Part shown: positions 50,175-62,595 of the stretch, piece by piece | Position numbering within the stretch: position 1 is the stretch's first letter | Layout of the letters: every line of letters starts with the position of its first letter | Assembly: GCF_024521635.1 (NCBI RefSeq) | Contig: NW_026250428.1 | Location: 62,001 to 126,000 of the forward strand | DNA length: 64,000 nucleotides | Origin: Tricharina praecox | Lineage: Eukaryota | Direction of reading: 5' to 3' | The notes under the pieces: model-generated | Databases searched by the model: none | Told to the model about the DNA's origin: nothing | Seen by the model: only the letters and a program-made list of their open reading frames with translations | Position numbers and translations under genes: made by a program

Positions 50175-51272
50175 TTATAGCCTGCGAGGCCGGGTGCCTG
50201 GCTCCGATCGTGGCGGCTTGGTCTCCCAGAACATGCGCTCCGTGCTGGCCATCAGTGACGCGTTCGCCTTTGGGTGCAGAAACTTGGAGCTAGCCAGTCG
50301 TGACGGCTTCGAACATCGGAACAAACACCTGGAGCTAGCCATCGGTGACGCCGTCGAGCAATCTGACCGAGCCGCTTCGGGATGAGCTTGCTGGGATACA
50401 GGTGTGTGGAGATCGGTGCTGATCGGCTTTGAAGACTGACAGGACCCGATTGACTCTGAGGACCCGACGGCATTCGTGGCCGAGATCGACTTCAACCTTG
50501 CAACAAACTTAGAGGACCCGTCCGACTCCGATGACACAACAGCATACAAGGCCGCGATCGAGTTCAACCTTCCAACAGATTCCGCTCGCCCACACTCCAA
50601 GGTATGTGTTGACTGGAATTTTGGTCCCCTGACGGTCCGTGACCCGAGCTTGGTCGTCATGCTGAGACCCGTTGAATAATCGATAGTACCGGTGGTGATC
50701 CTCCAGGTCCGCCTATTGTCTACGAAGCCGTTTCTGCGAGACTCCACCTCTTGTTCATCTCCTTTCCCCTCTCCTCCATCGGTGCAACATTGCTTCCTCG
50801 TCTGACTGACGTCCGCATCGACTGGAAACCTCTTCAATACATCTTGCCCTTCCTCCTCTTGCTCACTACATTTGCTATCTTCCCCCACTTTCCACTCTCC
50901 TATATCTTCCCTTCCCCTCTCATCCTTCCATCCCTCTAAATCCTTCCAATGATCTTCATCATCTTCTCCCGCCATGGCATCCTCCACATGCTCCTCTCCT
51001 ACCTGCTCCCGGCCATCATCCTCATACTCCCGCTCCTCCTCTGGTATGGTCTCCAACCGAGCGGTCACCCTATGAGCAACACGCGCGCCGAACCGATTGA
51101 ACCGTATCTTCCAGGTAAGCTCCATCTGCTGCCACCGCTGTCTCTTCCTCTCTACCCTCTCCATACCCTGCAGGTGGGGCTCGTGGTATTCCGGCCATCG
51201 CTGTCGATATTCCGCTAGCCGTCGGGAAAACCTATCGGATTTCGTGCGAGGTCGGTCAGCGTGGGAGGTCAT
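50175..51272 (-). CDS. Hypothetical protein with basic N-terminus and acidic middle
   Basis: 365-aa ATG-initiated ORF; no recognised domain; 3' end uncertain. Confidence 0.5.
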   Translation of the reverse strand: MTSHADRPRTKSDRFSRRLAEYRQRWPEYHEPHLQGMERVERKRQRWQQMELTWKIRFNRFGARVAHRVTARLETIPEEEREYEDDGREQVGEEHVEDAMAGEDDEDHWKDLEGWKDERGREDIGEWKVGEDSKCSEQEEEGQDVLKRFPVDADVSQTRKQCCTDGGEGKGDEQEVESRRNGFVDNRRTWRITTGTIDYSTGLSMTTKLGSRTVRGPKFQSTHTLECGRAESVGRLNSIAALYAVVSSESDGSSKFVARLKSISATNAVGSSESIGSCQSSKPISTDLHTPVSQQAHPEAARSDCSTASPMASSRCLFRCSKPSRLASSKFLHPKANASLMASTERMFWETKPPRSEPGTRPRRL

Positions 51273-54039
51273 TGTGGATGGTGGGCGTGGAGATTGTTCG
51301 GTGTGATTTGGTTCGGGTATTGATTCTGTTCGAGGTGTAAGGGGGCTCGTGGTGTTGGTGTGTGTGCGGAGTCGGAATATGGCTTCTTAGATGTTGATGA
51401 TGTGTGTGGAGAGTAAGAAAATTTATGGCCTGTTCAATGTCCGTGTTGTGTGCAGGGTGAGACAATGTATGGCCGGTCAAACGTTTATCCGGCCGTAGCC
51501 TGATGGGGCTGAGGCTAGGCCCAATAGTCGCCAGCCACAAAGCCTTGGCCAAACCTCCGACACACAACCATCGGCCCAATCCCCCAACCCAACCAACACC
51601 AGCCGCGGCCACGAACAACGCAACGAAACAAAGGGAAGACTGAGATCGACAATCTCTCGTAGTAAGTAGTGAAGATTCAGAGCGGACGACGGGGAATATT
51701 GCTGACCGTGAGATGACGGGCTTAGCGATGTTGTGGTGTTATGCTCTCCGACCGTTGGACCGGCCGGTACCAACAAACGAACCATCTCCGAAACTCGGCG
51801 CCGATGCGTGATGGTCAATATAGTCTCCTACAGAGATGCAAAAGCTTGACTGGTCACGGTATGTACGAGTGCTACCTGTTTGGCTGCGGATAATTGGGTT
51901 GACGGAGTGTCTAGGGAACGCGAACCCTCACAAGTCACCTCGTCGCAGACAGCCCGCACGGAGAGTAGCGGACTCCACTGAGGATGATGATCCCAAGAAA
52001 CTGTTCGATCTGGAAGTGGTCGGCCTCCAAGTCCAGGAGGATCGCAGCGGGGAAGCCAACAGCCCCACCACCAGCCTCAATACCGTCACCAGCCCGGCTC
52101 AGCGAGTATCCCCGTTACTATTGTTACTTTTGAGTGACACAACACGACCGGGTCCGGCAGGATATCTGCAATTCATCGCAGGCAATCGCACCGTCAAGTG
52201 CGGCATTATAATCCAATGAAAAGAGATACCAGTCCCCCGGGTAAAAGACCACCGTTTCGGGGCCGATGACTTTCCATGTGCCTGCCCCACAACTTTCATT
52301 TAGAGTACGGTACTGAAGGAAAATCATACTAATCCGAGTGACATCAGCGGGTAATCTACGTGTGGATGATAACGCTTCACGGCAAACGGGACAAATAGGT
52401 TGTGCCCCAAGCGAACGGAGCGCCGCTCGTTTGCGCTCAGCTGCACAGACTGAGCCCGCATGAGACCTAGCATCACGAGCAGGAGGGGGTTTCAACATTC
52501 TCGAGAATATACACGACGCACGGATCGTCAATCTATGCATATCGACGAGCATGAATCGGCCAGCCTCAACACCCCCAAAAGGCAGCGAAGATCCAAGTGC
52601 ATCGGACTACCCCAATTCGATACCATCTGCCTCCTGACTGGGTCAAATTTGCGCACACTCAAAAAAAGCAAGGTGGAAACCCCACTCTCAGAAAGCGAAC
52701 TTCGACAACCCTTGTGACGCCACATTCACCGCGGAATGTTGATCCATCAGCCGCACCACTCGCAAGTGTCGGCCTGAAAATAGCACTTTCACCCTGGCTT
52801 GCCACTTGGATCGCGTCAGGCCGTGCACAATTCGCGTCCGAGCTTCCAGCTGTCGAAGTCCAAGTAGCCCCGGAGAAGTGGAAGCCGCGTCCGTGAATGA
52901 ACCGTCTGAAAAGTCTGTCCGAAAAAATTCGAAGTTTCCTCGAGCGATCCAGCTCCTTCACCGACTCGTGTGCAAATCTTCCGCTACTACGTCGTTGGTA
53001 GGCGTATTTCTCCCGGATATCATTGGATCTTGCTAAAGTTTCTTAGGCAACTGACATCATATATTTTGAGTACTTGATGCCATCCTCGACTCGCCACCCT
53101 ACCGTGAAGGATACACGCTTCTGAGACATGGGGTCTACCTCTCCCGTGGTGAATGTCCACGAGTGTGCGATACTTCATAACTACATACGGGATGTTAGCT
53201 TCTCGCTCGTGCGGGATCCATATTTTGAAGGGCGTGTGCACAAAAGCAACAACAAAGTTTTGGGAGGGTGGGTGACGTGTGACGGGGGGTGGTGTAGGCC
53301 ATCGATGCGCTTGCTGCGTGTCAGCATTCTCATGTAGCCGGCTATACAGCACTTATCGTGACAACTCACACACGGGAAACTCCTGCCATCTGGCACCCTT
53401 CACAGCATATTTGGCCCACGAATCTGGACATGCACTCAGATGCAGAGTATCGTCGATATCATTTGGTTTCTCGTTCACGGAATAATCCGTTTATTAAGCG
53501 CGGAAAAACAAAACATTGCGACATGGGTCTGAAGGGAAAGGTGACCGTGTTTCAGACGAGACCAGGGCCACCGAGTGCTGTTCTGCCGAAGATCTCGCGG
53601 CCCGTGACCACATATCCATCTGCAATGCTGCGAGCGTCAGAAGATCCGGAAGTTGGAACATCAGCACAACTCAGCAGTCGGACAAGCGGGAACTCCAATG
53701 GAATCGCTATGATCGCAAACAGGATTTCCTTGTGTTTTGGATGCAACCTCAAAAGACGAGTGCATAGCAAATACACCGCCTACTTACCGTTCTAGACACC
53801 GGCTATACGCCCCTCTGCATCATGTGGCCGCAGGCCGGATTGCAGTGGCACCTATGGACATATTGGCATGCATATCATCCTCCGGCACTATAGGCGTCTG
53901 GCGACAGAGGAGACGCCACGGCCGTAGCCAAGCGTGATCCTGCGCTGGCAGCCGACTACAAAAGTGGTCCCCTACCCCGAACCCAAAGATGACATCTCAG
54001 TTCCTTCTGACTACCACTCTCACCAGACCGTGTCCTCCT

Positions 54040-54200
54040 CAAACCCGCCCATCCGCTTGTTGCTCCGACCTGTCCATCCGTTTATTTTTCCGACCCGTCC
54101 ATGCGTTTATTTCTCCGATCCGTCTATCCGTTTACTTCTCCGACCAGTCCATCCGGTTACCTCTCAGATCCGTCCATCTGTTCCTCCTCTGACCCACGCC
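54040..54200. repeat. Degenerate ~25-bp tandem repeat (tccgacc.gtccatccgttta)
   Basis: Five to six imperfect units. Confidence 0.75.
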
Positions 54201-54351
54201 GTTTACTCCAGTTTCATCTCCACTATCGCAAGTGCTGTACGCCAGTTTTGTCGCGTCACATAGTCAACACAGTCAACAACCTACGTATCCCAACATGCTG
54301 ACCAGCGCCGAAGATTTCCTTCCGTGGTCTCTCTGTTTTCGGAGCGTTGTA

Positions 54352-55900
54352 TTAGATGGCGAGGTCGGAGGTGTTGCGAAGGTACCGGAGCCTGTAGGTC
54401 GCAGCTGCCATATGCTCTTTAGTCGCAGTGGCGTTGAACTTGCTTAGCGTCGATACCGTGGATGCGAGATCAGGACGTGTCGCAAGCATTAGCCACATGA
54501 GACTACCGACCATCGATTGGTATCTGCGTTGCTGGTCCGCATTCAGTGCTGCCGTTGGGTCGGGGTTGTTCGTTGGGTCGAGTTTGCGAAGCCGACTTCC
54601 AGTTGTTTGGGAGATCCAATGGCCGTTGCGATCGGAGAGCCCGTACTCAGCAAGGAATTGATGAACGGCCCGTTGCTTGTGAATGTGGAGGATGCAGTTC
54701 TGACGGTCGGGTTCGATGTCTATTCCGAGAAAGCACTGGACGGGACCGAGATCTGTCATCTTGCACTTCTTATTGAGTAGGGCTTTCAGTGTCGTCACTG
54801 TTGCGACCGATGGCGACAAGATCAGGATGTCATCGACGTAGAGTAGTATGATCGCGTGATCAGATACTGCCGGTGCGGTGTGGTCCGGTTCCCGCTGTGT
54901 CTCATCCGTTATGTAGACGTTGGGATCGTACTCGCAGCGCCGGAGCCCAAGTGATCTGAGAAACTTGTCAATGTGCTAATACCGGAGTCTGGGGGCTTGT
55001 TTGAGTCCGTAGAGGGATTTCCTGAGTTTTCAAACCATCGCTCCACCTGGCGCGTCAACACCTTCGGTCGTGGCCATATAGACATCTCCGTCAACTTCCG
55101 GGTTTAGGAAAGCGGTGACAACATCCATCTGGTCTATCTCCCAGTCATGGATGGCGGCAAGAGCTAGTAACATCCTGAGGCTCTGCAACTTGGCAACTGG
55201 AGCGAATGTTTCATCGAAGTCCACTCCAGCCAGTTGCTCAAAGCCCCGGATGACAAGTCTTGCCTTGTACCGAACCCCGTCCCCGGGCAGCTGCTTGGTC
55301 TTAAAGACTCACTTGGGGCTTATAGGTTTCACACCTGTTGGAACGTCTTCCAACGGTATGTGGTCCTATGTCGAGTTCTCGGTCAATGACCGCAGTTGCT
55401 CGTCGACAGCTGCGGCCCGCTTCTAGCCGAGCCTCGGATTGCTGGTTCCACCCTGATCTGGTAGGCAACCGCGCTTGGTCTCTTCCGAAGATTGTATCTG
55501 TCGGGACATTGCGGCTTGCCAGACATGGTCGACACTGTCTTGTCTTCCACCCGGGTGATCTCGATCGTCCCGACACTGTCGGGCGTGATAGCCGCGAACT
55601 CAGAGTCTAGTAGGTGGCCGGCATCGTCCTCAATTGTAAAATCTGTTTCAAACTCAAAGTTTGCATCGGTGCCGGCGTCTGCACTGGCGTCGCCAGTTTC
55701 GGGTTCGTCCCAACGTACGTTCGAGGCTATGCGGTGGAGTGGCGGAAGTGTCCTGTACGCCCAGCATCCAAAGCGTCGAAGATGTATGACTTCGGGTGCG
55801 TATCCGTGCAGTTTCTCGTAGGGTGACATGCCGTTGTTGGCCGAGGTAGGGCTTCGGGCGTGCAGATAGGAGACATTTTCCATGCTGTCATGCCGGAGAG
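54352..55900 (-). mobile_element. Ty1/copia retrotransposon relic (integrase tail and RT)
   Basis: SPYEKLHG..HLRRFGCWAY; DFDETFAPVAK..IDQMDVVTAFLNPEV; LLYVDDILI; MTDLGPVQCFLGIDI; YQSMVGSLMWLMLATRPDLA. Confidence 0.92.
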
Positions 55901-57041
55901 ATACGTAGTTAGCACAGCGGACTGTCGGGGTCATCATCACTGCGGGGTAGTCCCACCGAAGGGGATTGCCCCTAATGTATCGATGCACACCGTGTAGTAT
56001 GGTAGAATCGATGATCGTCCACCGATGACAGACCTATGTTGTCACTCCTCCTTCTTCGTATGTAACCACCCCCGGCCCCCACCGTCTCGTCCCTCCTATC
56101 CAATCGCTCGCTACGCTTCCCATTCGCGCGATCGCCAAGGGACAAGGCAAACTCCCGCATCTTCTATCTTGTTGCACGTTAGCCTTTGAGTGGTGATGAC
56201 ATGCGCCATCGCCGTCGCCGTCGCCGTCGCCATCCACCAGAGGTCCTGAGCTGGTATGATGTATCTGACGCAGGCGTCGGCACAGCGGTTGAACACGGTT
56301 ATCTCAGGGACCTATTACAGTCACGTCCTAGAATACTGGATACTATCATGAGAGTAGTGAGAGGGGATTTGAGTAATACTCGCAAGCACGGTGCACTCCC
56401 GCTGCATCCAGCAGTGCACGGTAATGTGGTTACCCCGATGGCATCTCTAGTAACAAAGACGCAGCCCTGCCAAACGCAACACCAATACGCACACGAGCTA
56501 GTACTCCTTTCCATCCGTAAAAACAACTAGTCTATCGATAAATGGAATCTGCAGACTGGGTCCAGTTGCAAAATTCCGAGTGATATATCATGGTGAACAT
56601 CACCCAAGTGATAAATTCAACGAGTGATAATTGAATGAGATCAAGCACGAGAGAGAGAGAGTCAATTCAATTGTCGTATACAGCCTCGATAGATTTCAGC
56701 GGCGATCTGACCTTCTCAGTGATGCCAATCACGATAGTTTATCGCAAACAGGTGATCTCGTGGGCGAGTTATATTTACAAGACGGGAATTACGCAAATCA
56801 TATTGTGAGCTAGTGATAAGCATGACGTGCACGAGTGATGCATAAAGACGAGAGTGACGTGTCATGTATGTCCCTAGGTAATATAGTGGACGTGTGACCG
56901 ATGTAACGTGATCGAGCGATGCAATGTGCAACAAGTTTTTTTTTGTTTCATCATCGTAGCATTCGACCTTTGCAGATCATGGCTGTATACAAACATCCAG
57001 TTCCACCCCACTGTCGCCGACCGTTGGCGGAGAGCTCAATG

Positions 57042-57636
57042 TAAAATACCAGGTCAAAGGTTTTTGTACACCTCCCCAACAGCGCCACAACACAACAAAC
57101 ATATAGCTCTCTAACACAACAACCACAGATTAGAAAGTGGTAATAATGGAAATATATCATGAATACATACTAATAAAGCGTCAACGAGACTTCCAGCTAT
57201 CTAGGCTGATTATTGTATGCAAGGTAGGGTGGCTTGGCGGATTTCCCTTTCATGGAGGCAGGTCATTTCCCGCCAAAGATACAGCAACCATAAGGTAGTA
57301 TAAAAATATGTGGACCATGAGAAGGTCTCCTAAGGCAGGTATAGAACCTTAATCGAAACGAGCAAATAATTCTGAGTTGTTGTGGTTGAATAATGCAGTA
57401 TGGGAGAGAAGATGGTGTTGAAACTGGTTTTCTCGCGATAATTTTCTATGGGGGCCCCATACAAAATCCGAAATCATTCTCCAACGCGTACACAACACCA
57501 TACCATACGCCACCAGTCCGGAGCAAAGTTGTCAGAATTCTTATATGTGATGCATCTTGCGATTCTAAAGCTTCTATGAAAGACTCGATGTTTTTCCACC
57601 ACGTGAAGGGTGTGTTTTGGTTAATTGAAATTGGGC
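57042..57636. repeat. Dispersed ~600-bp repeat X, copy 2
   Basis: Same orientation as, and collinear with, 28985-29580. Confidence 0.9.
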
Positions 57637-57694
57637 ATTTTTGGTTCTGGGAAAGAAGCAGGTTATCGTCTCTACCGAGCAGCATAGCCTTGCG

Positions 57695-57890
57695 AGAAGC
57701 TGAAGTAACTTTCGAAGCTCCAGAAGCTCCACGAGCAGAAGCCGAAGTCGAAGCTCTAGGAGCAGAAGCCAAGTCGAAGCTCTAGGAGTAGAAGCCAAGG
57801 TCCAAGCTCCAGTGGTAGAAGCCGAAGTCGAAGCCCCAGCAGCAGAAGCCGAAGTCGAAACTCAAGTTGCAGAAGCCGAAGCTCCAGGGG
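57695..57890. repeat. ~27-bp tandem repeat gcagaagccgaagtcgaagctc.ag
   Basis: About seven units; encodes an S/A/T-rich stretch in frame with the repeat X ORF on the minus strand. Confidence 0.85.
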
Positions 57891-57989
57891 CAGGAGCACT
57901 AATGTTTCCCGCATGATAGAGGTTGGTGCGTTCCTTGTAGGCCTTCTTCATAGCCACTCTCCTCTTCTCCCTCAACGTTCTTGTCGCTG

Positions 57990-58260
57990 GCTGCGTAAGT
58001 TGTTAGGCAGTTATCGCAATGTTGCGGAGTCGGATGGTCGGGTGGAAGGAGAGGAACGACGAGGAAAGGCTGCGGCGGGCGTTCGAGAAGCAGAAGGTGA
58101 TCGCGGTTTGGTTGACTGCGTTGATCAGCTCAGACGGCGGTGTGCGAAGGGGGAGTTGGAGCCCGAAAATTACGATTGTACTGATCGCTGGAAGGTTGTC
58201 CTGGTTCGGATCGGAGGGCCCGTCGCCGCGAGAAGATGCTTGTTGCACGTTTGCTGTTGG
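57990..58260 (-). pseudogene. Family R N-terminal fragment
   Basis: FGLQLPLRTPPSELINAVN...LRNIAITA* matches FGLRVPTTTPAPELLSAIL...LRNIAWAAY of member 2. RRRALRSEP lies upstream in a shifted frame. Confidence 0.7.
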
Positions 58261-59062
58261 ATGTGCCTGGAGTGGTGGAGACCTTGGTGTCGGAGACGGG
58301 TTGATGAGGGCTAATTGGAGGTCGGTGGGGGTGAACGGGATGATGATGGTTCGAAGAGCTTCAATGGGGTCGATGAGGGAAGATTTTGACGTCCATCTCG
58401 CAAGCTGTAGAGTGTGACGCCCTTCACAGGTTCAACTCTTTCGCGCCTCGCTACCGCGTCTCAAAAACGATACCTACCTGCATACCTTCATACCTTATGC
58501 AGTGGGTATATACCACCATACCTTATGGAGTACACGTGGTTCCAAGTTTGTACATCGACATCAACCACAGCTTCAAGCTCCCTCCGTGCCAGCTAGAGAA
58601 TGCCGTCAGTTTGAAGCTGAGAAACACAGATGATTGCTTTTCACCGCCCGAACCCCTCTTGTTCTCAGATACCCGAAGAGATAAATGTTCAACAGGGACG
58701 GTAACCGTGGGGTTACAAAGGGTCCGGGAGGAATGTTGATGGTATCGGGGTGTATCTCGGGGCCGGATCAAGGAGTTTTATCCCCATCTTCGACGTGGCT
58801 GCTTTGCTGGAAGTATAGAATACTGGTATGTTTTGGCTGGATGTTTTATATTTACCAAAGTTCATTCTGCACCTAACGCTCATGTATTCCAACTCGGATT
58901 ACCCACTTTCCGTAAGTTTTCAGCTGGCAGTTAAGATTATGGCAATAACTTCAAAATTCGTTTCATTATCCAACCCTATATTCGTCGCATTAATCAAGGC
59001 GACCCCGTAGTCACCAGTTGCAATCGCATGGTCATATTTCATCACTCGTCGTCGATCCGCAG

Positions 59063-59180
59063 AATGACTCCATCAATCCTTCACAATGACTCCATCAATC
59101 CTCCACAATGACTCCATCAATCCTTCAGAGTGACTCCGTCAATTCGGCAGAATGACTCCATCAATCCGGCAGAATGACTT
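59063..59180. repeat. 22-bp minisatellite AATGACTCCATCAATCCttcac
   Basis: About 5.3 tandem units. Confidence 0.9.
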
Positions 59181-59708
59181 GGTCTGTCATACCTAATGAC
59201 TATCTAGGCCGTTCAACAAACTTTCAGACGATGACCAGGCCGGAGTGCGAAAAGGCAAATCGTGATGGATTATTGCTGTGTTGGGGGAAGTCGGGAGGTC
59301 AAAGACGGTAAAACGGATGACGGGTATCTAGCTAGGTGGTCGTTTCGTTAACAACATCTCAGACCGATAGGAAACACAGTAGTGGTATTGTTCAAGGTTC
59401 TTCGTCAGACTGGAACTGATGGACAGCTGACATCTATGGACCGGGCGGGCAAGGACGGCCGTTTAGCGACCTAGTGTGAGGATTGTATAGTATCCACGTG
59501 CTGACACGGAGAGCCGAAACATCTTGACTCAGAACGGATATGTGTGGAGGCTCAGGAACTTTCCAAAGCAAGGGTGAAGGAAACATTGCAATTCGTATTT
59601 CCACGGAGCATAAGAAAAAGACAACAGCCAAAGATACACGAAAGGAGAGACAGAGTTAAGAGAAGAACAATCAGTACTCGTGGCGCCGGAAACTGTATCT
59701 TCAGGCCA

Positions 59709-60558
59709 TCATACTATACCGTTGCTCTCGTGGTTGTTCAAAGCCGCTGCAAACGAGTAGCCGTCGTTCAACTCCTGACTGAGATCCCTCAGCACATATC
59801 CGCCACCGAAGATGCCGTCAAGCACACCCTGACCTTCCATGCGGCCCACGTTGCGAGGGATCTGTTCGAAATTAAATCTTCTGGTTTGGAGCATCTCCAG
59901 TGTTCAGAGGGACATTAAGGCTTACAGTCGCCATGATCTTTTTCATCTCCACAACCGCATCGTCCTTGACCGTCTTGGGGCGAATACCGTAACTGCGGAT
60001 GTTGGAAGTGTGATCGGGGCGTCTGAGTCGATAGCCGCCATAGAAGACAGCGTCCAGGACCTTCTGAGCCTGGGCGAGATGGACTTCCCGGGGCACCTGC
60101 TGTCAATTAACACTGCAGGCATTGAGCAAGCTCCACGCTTTGACAGCACATACCGTGAGCTCGACTTCAATCCTTTCCGGCGACTTAAGCCGATCGACGA
60201 AACGAATAGCCGGCATCTCAAAATAGTACTCCTCTTCTTCGATTCTGGTCGCGGGCATCGCGGGCAAGGTCAAGGTTTTCTGCATGCTGCCCGAGCGTTG
60301 GAAGTGCGAGCTGAACTGGCGCCGGAAACTCTCGATGCTCATGCGGGAACGCTTCTCGGCGTGGTGGCGGTGATCCCCGGTGTCAGAGCGGCCGCTGCCC
60401 ATACTGAGAATGTCACCCAGGACGCTTTCCAAGTGCGGGCGTGATGGTTTCGCTTCGACAGCCTCGCGTGTAGCACTTGGAGTGAGCGACGGCATTAGCG
60501 CCGCAAGGGCTTCCACACACCGCCGCTTGCGGGAAATCATCGACTGGAGAGCTGACAT
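59709..60558 (-). CDS. Hypothetical 3-exon gene (60558-60154, 60096-59926, 59861-59709), 242 aa
   Basis: Phase-0 introns GTATGT..CAG and GTAAGC..CAG join three ORFs in frame; exons 2 and 3 are homologous to each other. Confidence 0.8.
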
Positions 60559-60657
60559 GATGTCACAGAAGGTGGAGTATAAGCTCGCGGTTGGATTGTC
60601 GCTCGGGGTTGCGTCGTTGCTTGGGGTTGGTGGTTGTGTTGTTTGGAAGTTGTTTGG

Positions 60658-60793
60658 TACTCACACTGCCGGAAAGAATAATCCCCTTATTACATCTGTG
60701 GCTACGATTGGCTCAACCATAGTGATTGCTCATCCTCAGCCACAGATCTAATCTCAGATAAGCAGGGGATTGTTCTTTGCGGCCGTGTGAGTA
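60658..60793. mobile_element. MITE, ~132 bp, near-palindromic, TA-flanked
   Basis: TA-CTCACACTGCCGGAAAGAATAATCCCC at the left and GGGGATTGTTCTTTGCGGCCGTGTGAG-TA at the right; internal inverted pair ATCTGTGGCT / AGCCACAGAT. Confidence 0.8.
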
Positions 60794-61166
60794 ATTGGTG
60801 GCTGTTGTATGTAAGGTTGACTGGAAACGTATAAGGATGCGGCAGTGCGTGCGTCACGGTTCAACATGGTACCGGCCCCGAGTCACTCAGTTAAGAATCT
60901 AGTTTGACGAAGTCAAATTGTGGTTCAATAGTATGTACCAGTGGTGGGCGAAACGTTACGATGAATCACCGCCCCACCGCCTATGCCGGTGTTAACGAAA
61001 GTCAGTCAGTCACGAGCGAGTTGTATTTGTGCGTGCGCAAAGGCGTTCGGAAACGGCCGCAAGAAATCACCTCATTCAAAGCTTCGACCTTCAACCGATG
61101 AAACTACCAAGTACATTCATGATTCATCCGTTCTCCACAGCGCCTTCTTCAACATCCCCGGACACC

Positions 61167-61543
61167 CTACATATCCGAGTTCCCGCCTTCCACCGGGTTC
61201 TTCCTCTCGAAGTAAGCATAGATATCGCACTGCATTCGCTCTAATGTCCCGATGATATCGCGCTCTCCAACACTGCCGGTTGGAAACCCATCTTCACGCA
61301 AGTGCTCGACCAGTGAAGCTTGCCATTGCATCCTAGTTTGTTGTTTCCCTTCTGTAGAAATTCGAATGAAATTCTTATTTGCCAAATTAACAGGTCATGC
61401 TTGGACAGTTGTTGGCATGGCGCTTTCAAAACTGGCGAACTATTGCGTATGGCAAGCAACTCGTAGATGCCCGGAGGGTCCGCAAGATCCTCTAGGGCTG
61501 ATACTTCCGACTGGCGATCGAAGGTGGGTCGTGGAAGGCTCAT
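61167..61543 (-). pseudogene. Paralog of 62221-62595 with a 1-nt frameshift
   Basis: ALEDLADPPGIYELLAIRNSSP...HDLL, then a frame change near 61388 to LANKNFIRISTEG...GFPTGSVGERD. Confidence 0.7.
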
Positions 61544-62220
61544 GGTTGATGTGTTGTGTTGCGATATGGGGTGATAAGGAAGTATGAAGAGGGAAATGGG
61601 CGGCGGCGGGGATATGCATATATAGTGGTCGGGTGCGGATCCACCCAAACTTGGGGGTCGGCCGAGGGATCACTCATGTCGCGCCCACAACTGTTGAAAC
61701 CTGAAATACCAAGCCCGTGGGCTTCAGGAGTGACAATGAGACAACCACCTCCCTGCAGGCTGAAAGGAGTCCATGAAACCATTGTTCGACGTACTGAATC
61801 CAATCTGTCCGTCCTGAGCCTCGGACTGGACTGGATTTCATCTTGACAGTCCGTCCGGGAGTGGCATTTGAACGGGCTACTCCAAAACATTTCGAGGGTA
61901 GGACGGACTGCAGTTAAATACCAAGTGAAAAATTACGCCAAAGTAAGGCTCGTCGACAGAGGAAAAATTGCTGGAATGTCATGTGATAGGGCCGGATTAG
62001 CACACAAAGGGGTGTTTCTTCGATCCCAAGTGCAACCAGCAAGTTCACATCGGACCATGTCGGACACTGCACGCAAAGGCCGGCGGAAACGGCCGCAAGA
62101 ATCACGAGCTGATTGAAAGAATCAAAGCTATGACCTCCGATTCATGAAACGAACAAGTGAAGGTATCACATGATCATACTGTAGTACAGCTGCCGCTCGC
62201 CCGCCATCCACCGTCCTCAT

Positions 62221-62595
62221 CTAATCCGACTCCTCCTCCATACCCGACTCATCCTCTATATCCTGCCTGATTGCTCGCAGTATCATGAGGAACTCTTTCT
62301 CGCCGTCACTGCTGGTCTCAAACCCAAGATCAATGACATGCTCCATCAGTGTAATCAGAAAGCTCGCTACAATTTCGAGCCCCTCGCCCTCCGGCCCCCC
62401 CTCTGTATAAATACGGAAAAAGTCCTTCAAGGCCACCTTGAGCAGGTATTCGCCAGATACCTCGTCGCACAGCGATATTCCACGCGGCGAACTGTGGCGT
62501 ACGGCGAGATACTCGTAGATGCCGGGAAGGTGCTCGAGATCCTCTATTGCCGGATGCGGCAGAGGACTGGAGGTTGGTTGTGCACTGCTCATCAT
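62221..62595 (-). CDS. Small helical hypothetical protein, 124 aa
   Basis: ATG 62595; AIEDLEHLPGIYEYLAVRHSSP...FFRIYTEG...GFETSSDGEKE; supported by the tandem paralog and shared 3' flank. Confidence 0.7.
   Translation of the reverse strand: MMSSAQPTSSPLPHPAIEDLEHLPGIYEYLAVRHSSPRGISLCDEVSGEYLLKVALKDFFRIYTEGGPEGEGLEIVASFLITLMEHVIDLGFETSSDGEKEFLMILRAIRQDIEDESGMEEESD

Noticed and set aside
59063..59180. CRISPR-like appearance of the minisatellites (also 32868-32966 and 45468-45610)
   Set aside because: Units are contiguous with no unique spacers, no cas genes are present, and the context is eukaryotic.
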